From Octopus sinensis (Eukaryota), in contig NC_043021.1 of NCBI RefSeq assembly GCF_006345805.1, positions 6,262,001 through 6,326,000 of the forward strand: DNA of 64,000 nt. Reading direction: 5' to 3'. Under the pieces are notes generated by a model. It did no database searches. It was not told where the DNA came from and was given only the letters and a program-made list of their open reading frames with translations. A program made the position numbers and the translations under genes. Within the stretch, counting starts at the first letter, position 1, and every line of letters begins with the position of its first letter. Positions 1-11,682 of the stretch are shown here, piece by piece.

Positions 1-310
1 CAAATCCACTCACAAGGCTTTGGTGAGGCAAGGCTATAGTAGAAGACACTTGTCCAAGGTGCCACACAGTGGGACTGAACCTGGAACTATGTGGTTATGA
101 AGCAAGCTTCTTACCACACAGCCATTCTGCGCATTTAACTAATATAATATTGAGGCGCTTTACAGCTGTTTATAAAAAAAATAAATGAATAAAATGTTTT
201 ATTTCTTACGCCTTGGAAGGCAGAAAGCAGATGAGCTGATGACAGGAAATGATTATGTCATTGCCCACAGCTGAACAAATACTCGTGTGCACACACACAG
301 TGAGGTATAT

Positions 311-673
311 ACTCTTTTACTCTCTTTTACTTGTTTCAGTCATTAGACTGCGGCCATGCTGGAGCACCGCCTTTAGTACTTATTCTATCGGTCTCTTTTG
401 CCGAACCGCTAAGTGACGGGGACGTAAACACACCAGCATCGGTTGTCAAGCAAAGCTAGGGGAACAAACACAGACACACAAACACATATATATATATATA
501 TACATATATACGACAGGCTTCTTTCAGTTTCCGTCTACCAAATCCACTCACAAGGCATTGGTCGGCCCGGGGCTATAGCAGAAGACACTTGCCCAAGATG
601 CCATGCAGTGGGACTGAACCCGGAACCATGTGGTTGGTTAGCAAGCTACTTACCACACAGCCACTCCTCCGCC
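311..673 (-). mobile_element. tRNA-derived SINE, family S1 (dominant SINE of this window)
   Basis: Reverse complement of the S1 consensus: head GGCGCAGGAGTGGCTGTGTGGT (A box) and GGTTCAGTCCC (B box), internal TA/TG microsatellite, tail ACAAGTAAAAGAG. Partial copies also at 1-125, 690-780 and 1155-1400. Confidence 0.9.
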
Positions 674-782
674 TATATATTTATATATCTTTTACTTTTT
701 TACTTGTTTCAGTCATTGGACAGCGGCCATACTTGGGCACCACCTTGAAGGGTTTTTTTTAGTCAACCAAATCGAATCCAGT

Positions 783-1131
783 ACTCTCTTTTACTTGTTT
801 GAGTCATTTGACTGTGGCCATGCTGGAGCACCGCCTTTAGTCGAAGAAATCGACCCCAAGACTTATTCTTTGTAAGCCTAGTAACTATTCTATCGGTCTC
901 TTTTGCCGAACTGCTAAGTTACGGGGATGTAAACACACCAGCATCACTTGTCAAGCGATGTGGGGGAGGACAAACACAGACACACAAACATATATATAAA
1001 TCCACTCACAAGGCTTTGGTCGACCCGAGACTATAGTAGAAGACACTTGCCCAAGGTGCCACGCAGTGGGACTGCACCCAGAACCATGTGGTTCGTAAGC
1101 AAGCTACTTACCACACAGCCACTCCTGCGCC
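783..1131 (-). mobile_element. S1 SINE
   Basis: Same head and tail as the other S1 copies, with an internal deletion. Confidence 0.88.
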
Positions 1132-1481
1132 TATGTACTTTTTTTTTTAAACTTGGTACTTCAAATCGCCAAGTCACGGGGACATAAACAAACTAACACA
1201 AGTTGTCAAGTGGTGGTGAGAGACAGACACAAAGATACACACATAGATATATAAATGTATATATATACGGCAGGCTTCTTTCAGTTTCTGTCTACCGAAT
1301 AGAGCTCAGGTCGATCTGGGGGTAGGGGTTATAATAGAAGACACTTTCTCAAGATGCCACGCAGTGGGACTGAACCCGGATCCATGCAGTTGGGAAGCAA
1401 ACCTTTTATCACACATCCAATTTCTATACACACACACACACACACACCGTTATATATGCATGCATACATATTCATACATAT

Positions 1482-1885
1482 GGCGCAGGAGTGGCTGTGT
1501 GGTAAGTAGCTTGCTAACCAACCACATGGTTCCGGGTTCAGTCCCCTGCGTGGCACCTTGGGCAAGTGTCTTCTGCTATAGCCTCGGGCCGACCAAAGCC
1601 TTGTGAGTGGATTTGGTAGACGGAAACTGAAAGAAGGCCGTCGTATATATGTATATATATATGCGTGTGTGTGGTTGTGTGTCTGTGTTTGTCCCCCTAG
1701 CATTGCTTGACAACCGATGCTGGTGTGTTTATGTCCCCGTTACTTAGCGGTTCGGCAAAAGAGACCGATAGAATAAGTACTGGGCTTACAAAAAAAGAAT
1801 AAGTGCCGGGGTCGAGTTGCTCGATTAAAAAAGGCGGTGCTCCAGCATGGCCGCAGTCAAAATGACTGAAACAAGTAAAAGAGTA
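1482..1885 (+). mobile_element. S1 SINE, full length
   Basis: A and B boxes, internal microsatellite and AAAAGAGTA tail; near-identical to the copies at 19136, 47244, 49062 and 57555. Confidence 0.92.
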
Positions 1886-2545
1886 TATACACACAATACA
1901 TATAAAACATTCCACGCACGCACTTTTTATGACCTGTAAAAAAAATCTTGGCTATCGATATAAGATTTGGCTCCAGCTGACTAAATACTAGGCTTTCTTC
2001 TTCTTCCTAACTTCTTGTATGTATGCGAGAGTGTGTGTGTGTTTATAACACCTTTCTTTAAATACATATTTACATACATAAATACAAAAGGGATGTAACT
2101 CAATAGGCGAACTCTGCCATTCCATAAATAGTTGAGATGAATACAAATGAAAGAAATCCCCCCCAAAGCAAGCAGTAAAATATTATAAGCAATGTAGTTT
2201 ATGTCTTGTGATATGCAACGTCATTTAAAGGATTAGCCTCAGTGTTTACTAAGGGTTCCGTTATCTGATATACACACACCGCCTTCCGCATTCATGGAGT
2301 TTTGCGATGCTAATTGTTATATTAGCAGCGATTAAACAGACGTCAACTTAAAAATATTATAAAGTTCTCGTTTTATATTGTATATATATTAACTTATATT
2401 TATTGTGATACATAACTATGCTGTAATAATTTACTCTACCGAATTTTACCCGTAGGCCAGACTTAAATATCCATGCCAGCGATAATATAAACGTTAAGAG
2501 ATACACACACATATATACATATACATACATATATATATATATGTA

Positions 2546-2700
2546 GGTCCCGGGTTGAGTCGGGGTTAACCACAGTTAATAAGGTACTCAATACATGGCA
2601 GAGTAAATTAATTTATTTTATAGAAGGAGCTTCTACAGGACTAGAACTGTTTCATTCAAGTCCTGTAGAAGCTCCTTCTATAAAATAAATAAATATATAT
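2546..2700. repeat. (TA)n-embedded repeat fragment with a ~30-bp perfect hairpin
   Basis: Arms 2612-2641 and 2660-2689 with an 18-nt loop. The left arm plus loop is the reverse complement of 36304-36351. Confidence 0.8.
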
Positions 2701-2994
2701 AATATAATATATATATATATATATATTGTGTCTGTGTTACAGTAGTAAATGTTATAAAAACTTTAATTCTTCCCCTGTCGGTAAAAAAATAAAGTGAGTT
2801 TGAAATATTTTCTACAAGTGCGTTGTAAAACTAAATCTCTTGCGCTGCGATTTATTTTTAGTACTGTACTTGACGTTATGAGTTCAAATGCTGGCGAAGT
2901 CAACTTAACCTTTTTCATCTTTCATCATCCTATGGTCGATCTAATTGACTATATCTTGAAAACCCAAATCTGTCTCTTGTAGCAATTATTATTA

Positions 2995-3245
2995 TTGGCG
3001 AGCTGGCAGAATCGTCGGCACGACGGACAAAATGCTCAACATCATTTCGTCCGGGTCTTTACGTTCTGAGTTCAAATTCCGCCGAGATCTGCCTTTCATC
3101 CTTTTTGGGATCGACAAAATAAGTAATCGACTGGTCCCTCTCTCCAAAATTTTCAGGCCTTGTACCTAAAGTAGAAAGGATTATTATCATTAAATCGACA
3201 TACCCACTCCTCTGAACTTGCCGGCTTGGTGCCAAAATTTGAAAC
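2995..3245 (+). mobile_element. tRNA-derived SINE, family S2 (GGCGAGCTGGCAGAATCG head)
   Basis: Head followed by GAGTTCAAATTCC (B box) and the core GCCTTTCATCCTTT...GGGTCGA. Other copies lie near 25085, 25945, 31855, 47795-48150, 51430, 53548 and 60389. Confidence 0.8.
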
Positions 3246-3282
<37 letters not shown>

Positions 3283-3663
3283 ATAACAACAACTAGATTC
3301 TCTGTGTATGCCTGCTGTTTTTGTAATCGGTCACTATATCATTCCTTTGTGGCAAAAAGATGGACAAAAAACAATCATCATAACTCAAATTTTAAAAATA
3401 GTAACGAATGACACGTGTTCAGATTCGAACCCTGGAAGGCAGATTTAGAAAACGATGATGAAAAAAAGATGGAATTCAAAATTATGTAGCAACCCTTGAT
3501 GCGTTTTTCTTTGCGTTATATTTCTTAAAGCTTATACATAAACATATATAAGTTACATATATTGAACACTGTGTTAGTTTTGTATATAACGTAATTGTAC
3601 GTGATCTTATAAATCTAGGACTTAATTGTGTTTTTAATATTTCACACACTCGTATGATGCGTA

Positions 3664-3699
<36 letters not shown>

Positions 3700-3703
<4 letters not shown>

Positions 3704-3880
3704 TCAGTAATAATATAGGGTGAAATTAATTAATTTGGAATAATCATTAATTTCACCAAGTGCTGTGGTTTTACTGAGATCTCCCTTTTAGTAGAAAGAA
3801 TAGCTATAACTCTTTGACTGCTATTTCTAAACTCGGTGTGTTGAGGCAAATCGTTGCTAAACCCTTAATTACTTAGTATA
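3700..3880. repeat. (TA)n-embedded repeat related to 14800-15045, with an internal inversion
   Basis: 3710-3755 resembles 14802-14850 on the same strand, while 3790-3870 is the reverse complement of about 14890-14975. Flanked by (TA)n on both sides. Confidence 0.7.
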
Positions 3881-4125
3881 TATATATATATATATAGCTT
3901 GCCCTGGATACTGTTTGCTCCGTATGTGTTTTCGATACCATTGTTCTGTCGTCTTTAATATTTTGTTCTTTGTTTAAATAAAACAATTATTAAAGTGGGG
4001 GAGTGTATGGAGAGACACAAAGGGGAGAGAGAGAGAGAGGCACACGCCACACAACCAACGCGAGGTATGTGCGTGTGTGTGTGTTTGTGTGTATGGCCAC
4101 CCTTACAACAAACAGTCTGTGACAT

Positions 4126-4241
4126 TATAAAGGTGGGAAGCAAGGCTGTGAGGGAAGCGGCTTGATGGCGAGGAGGAGAGGAGAGGACGGTAGCTAAGCT
4201 AAGCTAGCTAGCCAGATTTTTTTTTTTTTTTGTTTTGCCAG
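4126..4241 (+). promoter_or_regulatory. Possible TATA box (4126-4131) and strong 3' splice site (poly-T tract, then CCAG|G at 4241) upstream of the PTP gene
   Basis: TATAAA at 4126-4131 in unique, CpG-richer sequence; about 20 T followed by GCCAG at 4237-4241. Motif-level evidence only. Confidence 0.3.
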
Positions 4242-4855
4242 GTCTGTGATACAATAACAGGAAGTGGAAAATAGAAAAAAATAAAGAAGCTGTGCTAAGC
4301 AAATTAGAAATAGGAGGATATAAGGTAGTTGTTTCGCGGAGGGATGAAGTTGGCGAAGAAAAATAATTGGTCAGATTTACCTCCCCTTGATTTGTAAAAC
4401 CTCAATTCTGTAAATTCGGTATTAATAAAGCACTGCCTGTCTTCACAGTTTCTCTCGTATAGGTCATTAGATTGGTCTCGGAACACTACTATTACCAGTA
4501 ATTGATCTACCAAGGCGTTCGAATGACCGAAAGGCCTATCAAAGTGTTCTTATTTTTAGTTCGTCATTTAGTTTAGATTACTTTTTTTAGCCTAATTACT
4601 CTGCTGTCGTCGTCAGCCTTTCTGCTGGGCCATGGTGCTTCTATTTCCGCCGACCACGTTCGGCAATGTTCGGGTTACCTCGGAAATACATTGTCAACAC
4701 AAAGATGGAAGCCGAACATGGTATGTAGTGAAAGGCTGACCTTATCTCTTCATCTCCTCATTCTTGAAATACTGAAGCAAACCAGCCAGGCCGACCTCCA
4801 ACCAAGCGGTTATTAACGATTGTTAGATGAGCGAGGGAAAGTCTACAGTGCCAAA

Positions 4856-7800
4856 ATGCCGTTCAATTTCAAGCTAAAACGTACGAAACGTTATGAAGTA
4901 TCGTCGAAGTACGAGTTTGTTGTTGGGGTACACATGCTAGACAACTCCTACTTGGAATGTTCGCTGAAAGCCGACAGTACCGGACACGATTGCCTCGGAA
5001 CTATTGCCCATATGTTAAAACTGGAGGAGTTCGAATACTTTGGATTTCGTTACGTGACCAAAAAACTCCAATTCCACTGGATTAACCTGGACAAAGCACT
5101 AAAGAAGCAGCTGGACAAACATGCTCACATTCCACGTCTCTACTTTGGTGTGATGTTTTACATATCGACTGCCCACCGGATCGACGATAACCGAGCTCGC
5201 TACAACTATTTCCTACAACTGAAATCCGACGTGTTAGACAGTCGAATCTCGTGTTCCAGCGAACAGGCCATCAGGCTGGCAGCCTACTACCTCCAGGCCG
5301 AACTGGGACACCACGATTCGGAACAGCACACAGTCGAGATGTTTCGAGACGTGCAAATTCTTCCCAAACACATGACAAAGGACGATAGCGTTACGACCGA
5401 TCTGCTGCAAGATGTACTCTTTCTCCACAACAGTTTGATCGGGTTACATCCTATGGTCGCTGTCATACATTATATCAAACTGGCTCAAACCCTCGACGGA
5501 TACGGTATGGAATACTACACTGCTAAGGATGATTCTGGTAAGGAATTATATTTGGGAACTTCCAACAACGGTATTTTCGCTCGTTATCTTAACGGTCAGC
5601 AAGCTTTATCTTTTCGTTGGTCTGTTGTTGCTCATATTGGCCAAAACAAAAAATGTGTTATTATCGATACCCAAAAGACTTCAATACAATATTATTTAGA
5701 AGACACAGAAATGGCTAAATATTTTCAACAAATTGCATGTCTTTTACAGAAATTTTATAAATCATTCAAACCAAATAGCTGCAGTTTAACAGATTTAAGT
5801 GACATGGGTTCTATAAGTTCTGCTCAAGATTTCCAAGTGGCCCCCACTAACCTCCCGTTAGATTCGGTCGATGCTGCTGACCCAAACACTGCTTTATATT
5901 CTCACAGTCCGAACTATGCGATGGATATGCAGTCCGGTGTGACGAAAGAGAATTTCTTTAATACGCAACCGGGTGTTGACAACTTCGCCCCTGATGTTGT
6001 CGCACAGCACTACGTGAACCAAACGACAGATCCATCCCAAGTAGCTAACAATGTGTCATATCCTACACAAATCTCCGCTCCGGCGCATGTATCTCAACAA
6101 CAGGACCTCACCTACCGCCAAGCCATGCTTCCGGCTTATCGCCCCAGTCCCGACTACAATCAACTAATGCGTCAACGCATTGACAATTCGCTACAGATCA
6201 ACACCTCCTCCTCCTCTCAACAGTCTCAGCCAGTTTACACAACAGCTATAACAACTCCAGTGGTTCTACCACAGCAAGTGGTGACTACTTTAACCAGTTA
6301 CACAGACAACATCCCTCACTATGCCAACATCATACAACAGGACTCAAGATACGTAGATTATCAATCAAATTCTTGGTATAACAATTTCATAGTGAAGCCG
6401 ACACACAGTTCACCCGAGCTGAACACAGTTGCCACACAAGGAATACCAGGTCGGGATTACATAGCAGAAGACTTCATACACGATAAAGTGTACTACAAAC
6501 CGCCACCTCCTCCTCCATCTCCACCACCACCATATCCTCGCGTGAGCAGCAGCACACCAGACCTAGCGGCGCAGATTGGTCAAATGAACATCAATTACAG
6601 CCCGGACTTAGTCTCACGAAAGAACCTCGGTCCCATCTCTTTTGCCGTCCAATCGAAACTCGACAAAAGTTTGGAGAATCTTGCAGCGGCGGTCAACGAA
6701 GTGAGTGTCTCTGATGCTGATAGTTTGTGTAGTTGTAATTCGAACCAGACCGGCTGCAGCACCAAAGACACAGACAAAGACTTTGATGACCAGCAGATAC
6801 CAAGTGAAATTGAAAAAAACAACATCCACGTTCGTTACATCGCTCCAGAAGAGGCTCCCCCTCCTTCGAAGTCTAAAGAAGTTGCCACGCTTCGAGAAAG
6901 TTTCAGGAGAATGATGATTGCACGTTCTAGTCCAGCTTGTCTTGGCCGCTTCAAAGAAAAAGCAAAAAAAAGTAGGCAAGACCAAATACGTGAAGATGAT
7001 GACGATGATGTCATTGATGATGATGACGATGATGATATTATTACCCATGTCAAAAGTGATGAGAGATGTGAAAGTGCTTCGAGTAATTCGTCTTCATTGC
7101 CGCAACAGAACAAGGACTCCGATGGGGAAGCTGCAGTAGGTGTACCTGCTGGACAGGCTGTTGCAGAGAGTGTTCAAACTGACAAAACTGAACCAACACC
7201 CGATCGAAAGACGGAGCTTCAAAACAACGAAAACCACGATGATGACGATGCGATGAAACATCAGAACATTGGCCCTTTAAAAATGGCTGCTATGAATGGA
7301 TTAACCCTCTCTCGTCCCATAATTTTATCAGCGAGTGAAGATGAGATTCGAGCTCCAAAAGATGAGAGGCGTAAGATGCTGGAGAGTAAAGTTTCGGAAG
7401 GATGTGTTCTTGCAGAGTTTGAACAAATTGCCAAGAAGGCACCGAACATGGAATGTAGCATTGGTCGGAAGCCAGAAAATGAATCTAAAAATCGGTTTCC
7501 AGATGTCCTACCTTATGATGAGACACGTGTGGAATTATCAGTCACTAAAAATAATGCTCTTGGCTATATAAATGCTTCTCACATGAAGGTGAATCTTGGA
7601 GTATTGGAATGGTCATTCATTGCAACTCAGGCCCCACTTGAGAACACAGCTCAAGATTTTTGGCAAATGATTTGGGAACAAGAGATAGATGTAATAGCCA
7701 TGTTAACTGGCATCAAAGAACAAGGAAAACAAAAATGTTACCCATATTGCCCCAGGAATCAGGCTCCGATCACAAACTTCGGTTTGGTCGATATGAAGTT

Positions 7801-8238
7801 GAATTACAATTCAGTAACAATTCCTGGTGTTACTTAACAAACCGGATTTCCATTAAAGAGAGGTCTGCTGGAACAGAACGACTAGTGTGGCACTTGCAGT
7901 ACACTGACTGGCCGGATCACGGCTGCCCGGAGGATACTTACGGATTCCTCGGCTTCTTGGATGAAGTTGAATCAGTGCAACGTCTAGCTGAAAGTGAAGA
8001 AGGTAGTGGGAAAAAATCCCCTATCGTTGTGCACTGCAGTGCTGGTGTTGGACGGACTGGTGTGGTTTTACTATCAATTATAATGAAATCCTGTTTGGAA
8101 CACAACCTTAATGTTGATATTCCTCTTGTACTGGCCAGACTACGCCAACAACGGATGTACACTGTCCAGACGCTCGGACAATACAGCTTCGTCTACAAAA
8201 CCTTGATTCGTTACTTGAAAAATACTCGGCTTATTTAG
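4856..8238 (+). CDS. PTPN14/PTPN21: FERM-domain non-receptor protein tyrosine phosphatase, PTPN14/PTPN21 (Pez) family; single exon; reading frame broken by a 1-nt deletion at 7748-7750
   Basis: ATG at 4856 (aaaATG) gives MPFNFKLKRTKRYEVSSK, matching the PTPN14/21 N-terminus, followed by a FERM domain. The linker has LPAYRPSPDY, PPPPYPRVSSSTPDLA, SPDLVSRK and an acidic tract. The PTP domain has KNRFPDVLPYD, YINAS, IATQAPL, DFWQMIWEQ, then in the -1 frame YTDWPDHGCP (W at 7909), VHCSAGVGRTG (H at 8032) and QTLGQY, with the stop at 8238. Adding one G (TAT TG[G] CCC CAG) fuses ORFs 4820..7837 and 7660..8238 into 1127 aa. The track's TTG start at 4820 is not the likely start. Confidence 0.95.
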
Positions 8239-8845
8239 CTGCTGGTCAGATCAATGTTAAGGTATTTGGTGCAGTGAATAATTAGATTATTTTTTTGCTG
8301 TTTCTCATCTGCATTAAGTATTTTAACACTTACTTAACTCTTGTTTTTGTTTCACGTGAATGGTATCCTTTGAGTACATATAACTAACCTCAGTGATTTA
8401 TAGAGATACTCTCTGATAATACCTGGACATTTTACTCTTATGCCTTAAAATTTTCAAGTATTACACAATAACAAAAACAAAAACAAAAAAGAAATCTCTG
8501 ACAAACATACATCTTCAATTTTATCATAAATCATGTTTTTTATATATTTTTAAAGAAAGTCTTTTTTTATAAATTTGAATTTATATATAATAATGTTTTT
8601 TAAAGAATGTCGACTATTTTATCTGTTTCCAATTCTTCTTTTTAATTTTTGAAATATTTAGTGCAATTTTTTCCTCCTTATTTTGTTTACTTTTGTCTTT
8701 TTTTTTTTTTTTAGTTCCTGTAATCCCCTTAACACACACAACCTCATCCCTCTCTTTAGCATTTATTTATTTTTGTGTTTACTGCACTGGTCATGAATTT
8801 TTGCCATAATACCTTCTCTCACCAGTGCTTCAATATACATACATA

Positions 8846-9348
8846 AATCATCACATATATACATATATATACATATATACATATATATACATACATATAT
8901 ATATATTAATATATATATACACACATATACATATATATATTATATATATATATGCATATATATACATACATATATATATATATTAATATATATATACACA
9001 CATATATACATATATATTATATATATATATGCATATATATACATATATATTATATATATATATGCATATATATACAATATATATATACATATATATACAC
9101 ACATATATATATACATATATATATACACACATATATATACATATATATATACACACATATATATACATATATATATACACATATATATATATATACACAC
9201 ATATATACACATATATATATATATACACACATATATACACATATATATATATACACACATATATATACATATATATATATACACATATATATATATATAC
9301 ATATATATATACACATATATACATATATATATACACACATATATATAC

Positions 9349-9379
<31 letters not shown>

Positions 9380-9425
9380 TGTATATATGTACATATATAC
9401 ACATTTACATATATATGTATATATA
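8846..9425. repeat. Complex (TA/CA)n microsatellite
   Basis: About 580 bp of ATAT/ACAT/ACAC repeats; the source of the Y/I/H/T pseudo-ORFs. Confidence 0.97.
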
Positions 9426-10149
9426 GTAGACACATGTATAATAATATATTCTCTCACCAGTGCCTTGATAATATTTATATAACAAAAAAACCAACATTGA
9501 CAACAGAATAAACACCTTCCCTCTCCCACCATTTTCTTCGTCTTGTTTTGGATTTTCTCTCAACGAACCAGCCTCCTCCACTTTGATTGATGTTTACAGA
9601 TGATTGATGGCTAAATAACTGAAGGAGAAAAAGTGCCTAACAAATTCAACTACGACCAATTTATTTTCTGTCGAATTTTGTAAACTCCTTCAGTGGTTTT
9701 TTTTAACTCTAAGCAATCTCCCTTTCCATTCTCTCTCTTTCTCTCTGCATATCTTTTTTTTCACTCTCTCACAACGTCTGCTTGTCTCTCCTTCTGCCTC
9801 TCTCTCTCTAACTGTCTGTTCATCTCTGTCTCTCTCTGTCGTCTGCCCTTTCAACCAAAACCATGGCATGAAAACATGGAGTGTGGAGGGAAGGGGAGGA
9901 AAAGGATACATGAAAACTATTACACATGTGCCCATGATTAAATAATTGTTGGATCTTTTTTTTTCTTTCTCAGAATGACAAACTTTCAGTAACTCCAGCT
10001 AGGAAGCTTTTTAGTCGACAATGCAAGAATGCATGACTTTTTAAAAAATTCCTTTGAGATCCTCTCTCTTTCACTCTCTCTTTAGTTCTTGCATCTCTTC
10101 TGTGGGTGTGTATGTGGGTGGACTTAATATGCATAATTAATATGTCCAT

Positions 10150-11106
10150 GACATATATATATATGCACACACACATACATATATATATATATACACATAC
10201 ATGTATTTACACTAGCACACACATACACACACATATATATATAGATGTGTATATATGTATGTTTTTGTAAACATTTACTTATAGCTTATATAAGTTTACT
10301 TATATATGTATGTGTATATACATATATATATGTATGTATGTATATATGTATGTGTATGTATGTATATATATATATGTATGTATATACATGTATTTATATA
10401 CATGTTTGTATGTATATATACATGTTTGTATGTATATATGTATGTGTATGTATGTATATATATATATGTATGTGTATGTATGTATATATATATATGTATG
10501 TATATACATGTATTTATATACATGTTTGTATGTATATATACATGTTTGTATGTATATATACATGTATGTATGTATATATACATATATGTATGTATATATA
10601 TGTATATATATATGTATGTATATACATGTATGTATATACATGTATTTATATACATGTATCTACATATATGTATGTATATACATGTATGTATATATACATA
10701 TATGTATGTGTACATATATGCATGTATATATATATGTATATGTGTGTATATGTATGTATATATATATATGTATATGTGTGTATATGTATGTATATATATA
10801 TATGTATATGTGTGTATATGTATGTATATATATATATGTATATGTGTGTATATGTATGTATATATATATATGTATATATATATATGTATATGTGTGTATA
10901 TGTATATATATATGTATATGTATGTATATATTTGTATATGTATGTATATATTTATATATGTATGCATATATATATATGTATGTATGTATATATATGTATG
11001 TATGTATATGTATGTATGTATATGTATGTATGTATATATATATATGTATGTGTATATATATATGTATGTGTATATATATGTATGTGTATATATATGTGTG
11101 TATATA
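10150..11106. repeat. Complex (TATG/TA)n satellite with a 120-bp higher-order duplication
   Basis: The lines starting at 10381 and 10501 are almost identical (period 120). Confidence 0.95.
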
Positions 11107-11485
11107 GGTGCAGGAGTGGCTGTGTGGTAAGTAGCTTGCTCACCAATCACATGATTCCGGGTTCAGTCCCACTGCGTGGTACCTTGGGCAAGTATCTTCT
11201 ACTACAGCTTCGGGCCGACCGAAGCCTTATGAGTGGATTTGGTAGACGGAAACTAAAAGAAGCCCATCATGTATATGTATATATATGCATGTGTGTATGC
11301 GTTTGTCCCCACAACATCACTTGACAATCGATGCTGGTGTGTTTACGTCCTCGCAGCGTAGCGGTTCAGCAAAAGAGACCTATAGAACTAGGCTTACAGA
11401 GAATAAGTCCTGGGGTCGATTTGCTCGACTAAAGGCGGTGCTCCAGCATGGCCACAGTCAAATGACTGAAATAAGTAAAAGAGTA
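11107..11485 (+). mobile_element. S1 SINE
   Basis: Full head and tail; GTATATA on both sides may be a target-site duplication. Confidence 0.9.
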
Positions 11486-11682
11486 TATAAATGTATAAAT
11501 ATATGTATGTTGACTCTCCTCATCTCTGTGGCGATCAAGAGAGTTTTAGAGGTGATCCATGGATATGCTGCTTTTATTAATACCTGGTGTCATTATTATC
11601 ATATTTTAATCCTTTTCCAGCATGAAAATGATTATATATATATATATACACACACACACATATATGTGTGTGTGTGTGTATA

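Noticed and set aside
1482-1560. tRNA gene-like A and B boxes at SINE heads
   Set aside because: No complete cloverleaf with acceptor stem; always fused to a SINE body.
5520-5830. AT-rich segment inside the otherwise GC-richer PTP CDS, as a possible intron or foreign insert
   Set aside because: It stays in frame and encodes the FERM C-lobe colinearly with PTPN14/21; only a codon-usage shift.
7721-7756. Programmed -1 frameshift in the PTP gene
   Set aside because: No in-frame X XXY YYZ heptamer at the needed point. An earlier slip would destroy KCYPYW, and a single G restores the conserved Trp.
8940-11324. Long ORFs rich in Y/I/H/T/C/V/M (also 25226-25929, 29517-30012, 40793-41357, 41853-42219, 46004-47215, 55374-55921, 56299-56846)
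   Set aside because: Translations of stop-poor microsatellites; open in several frames on both strands, with no domain content.
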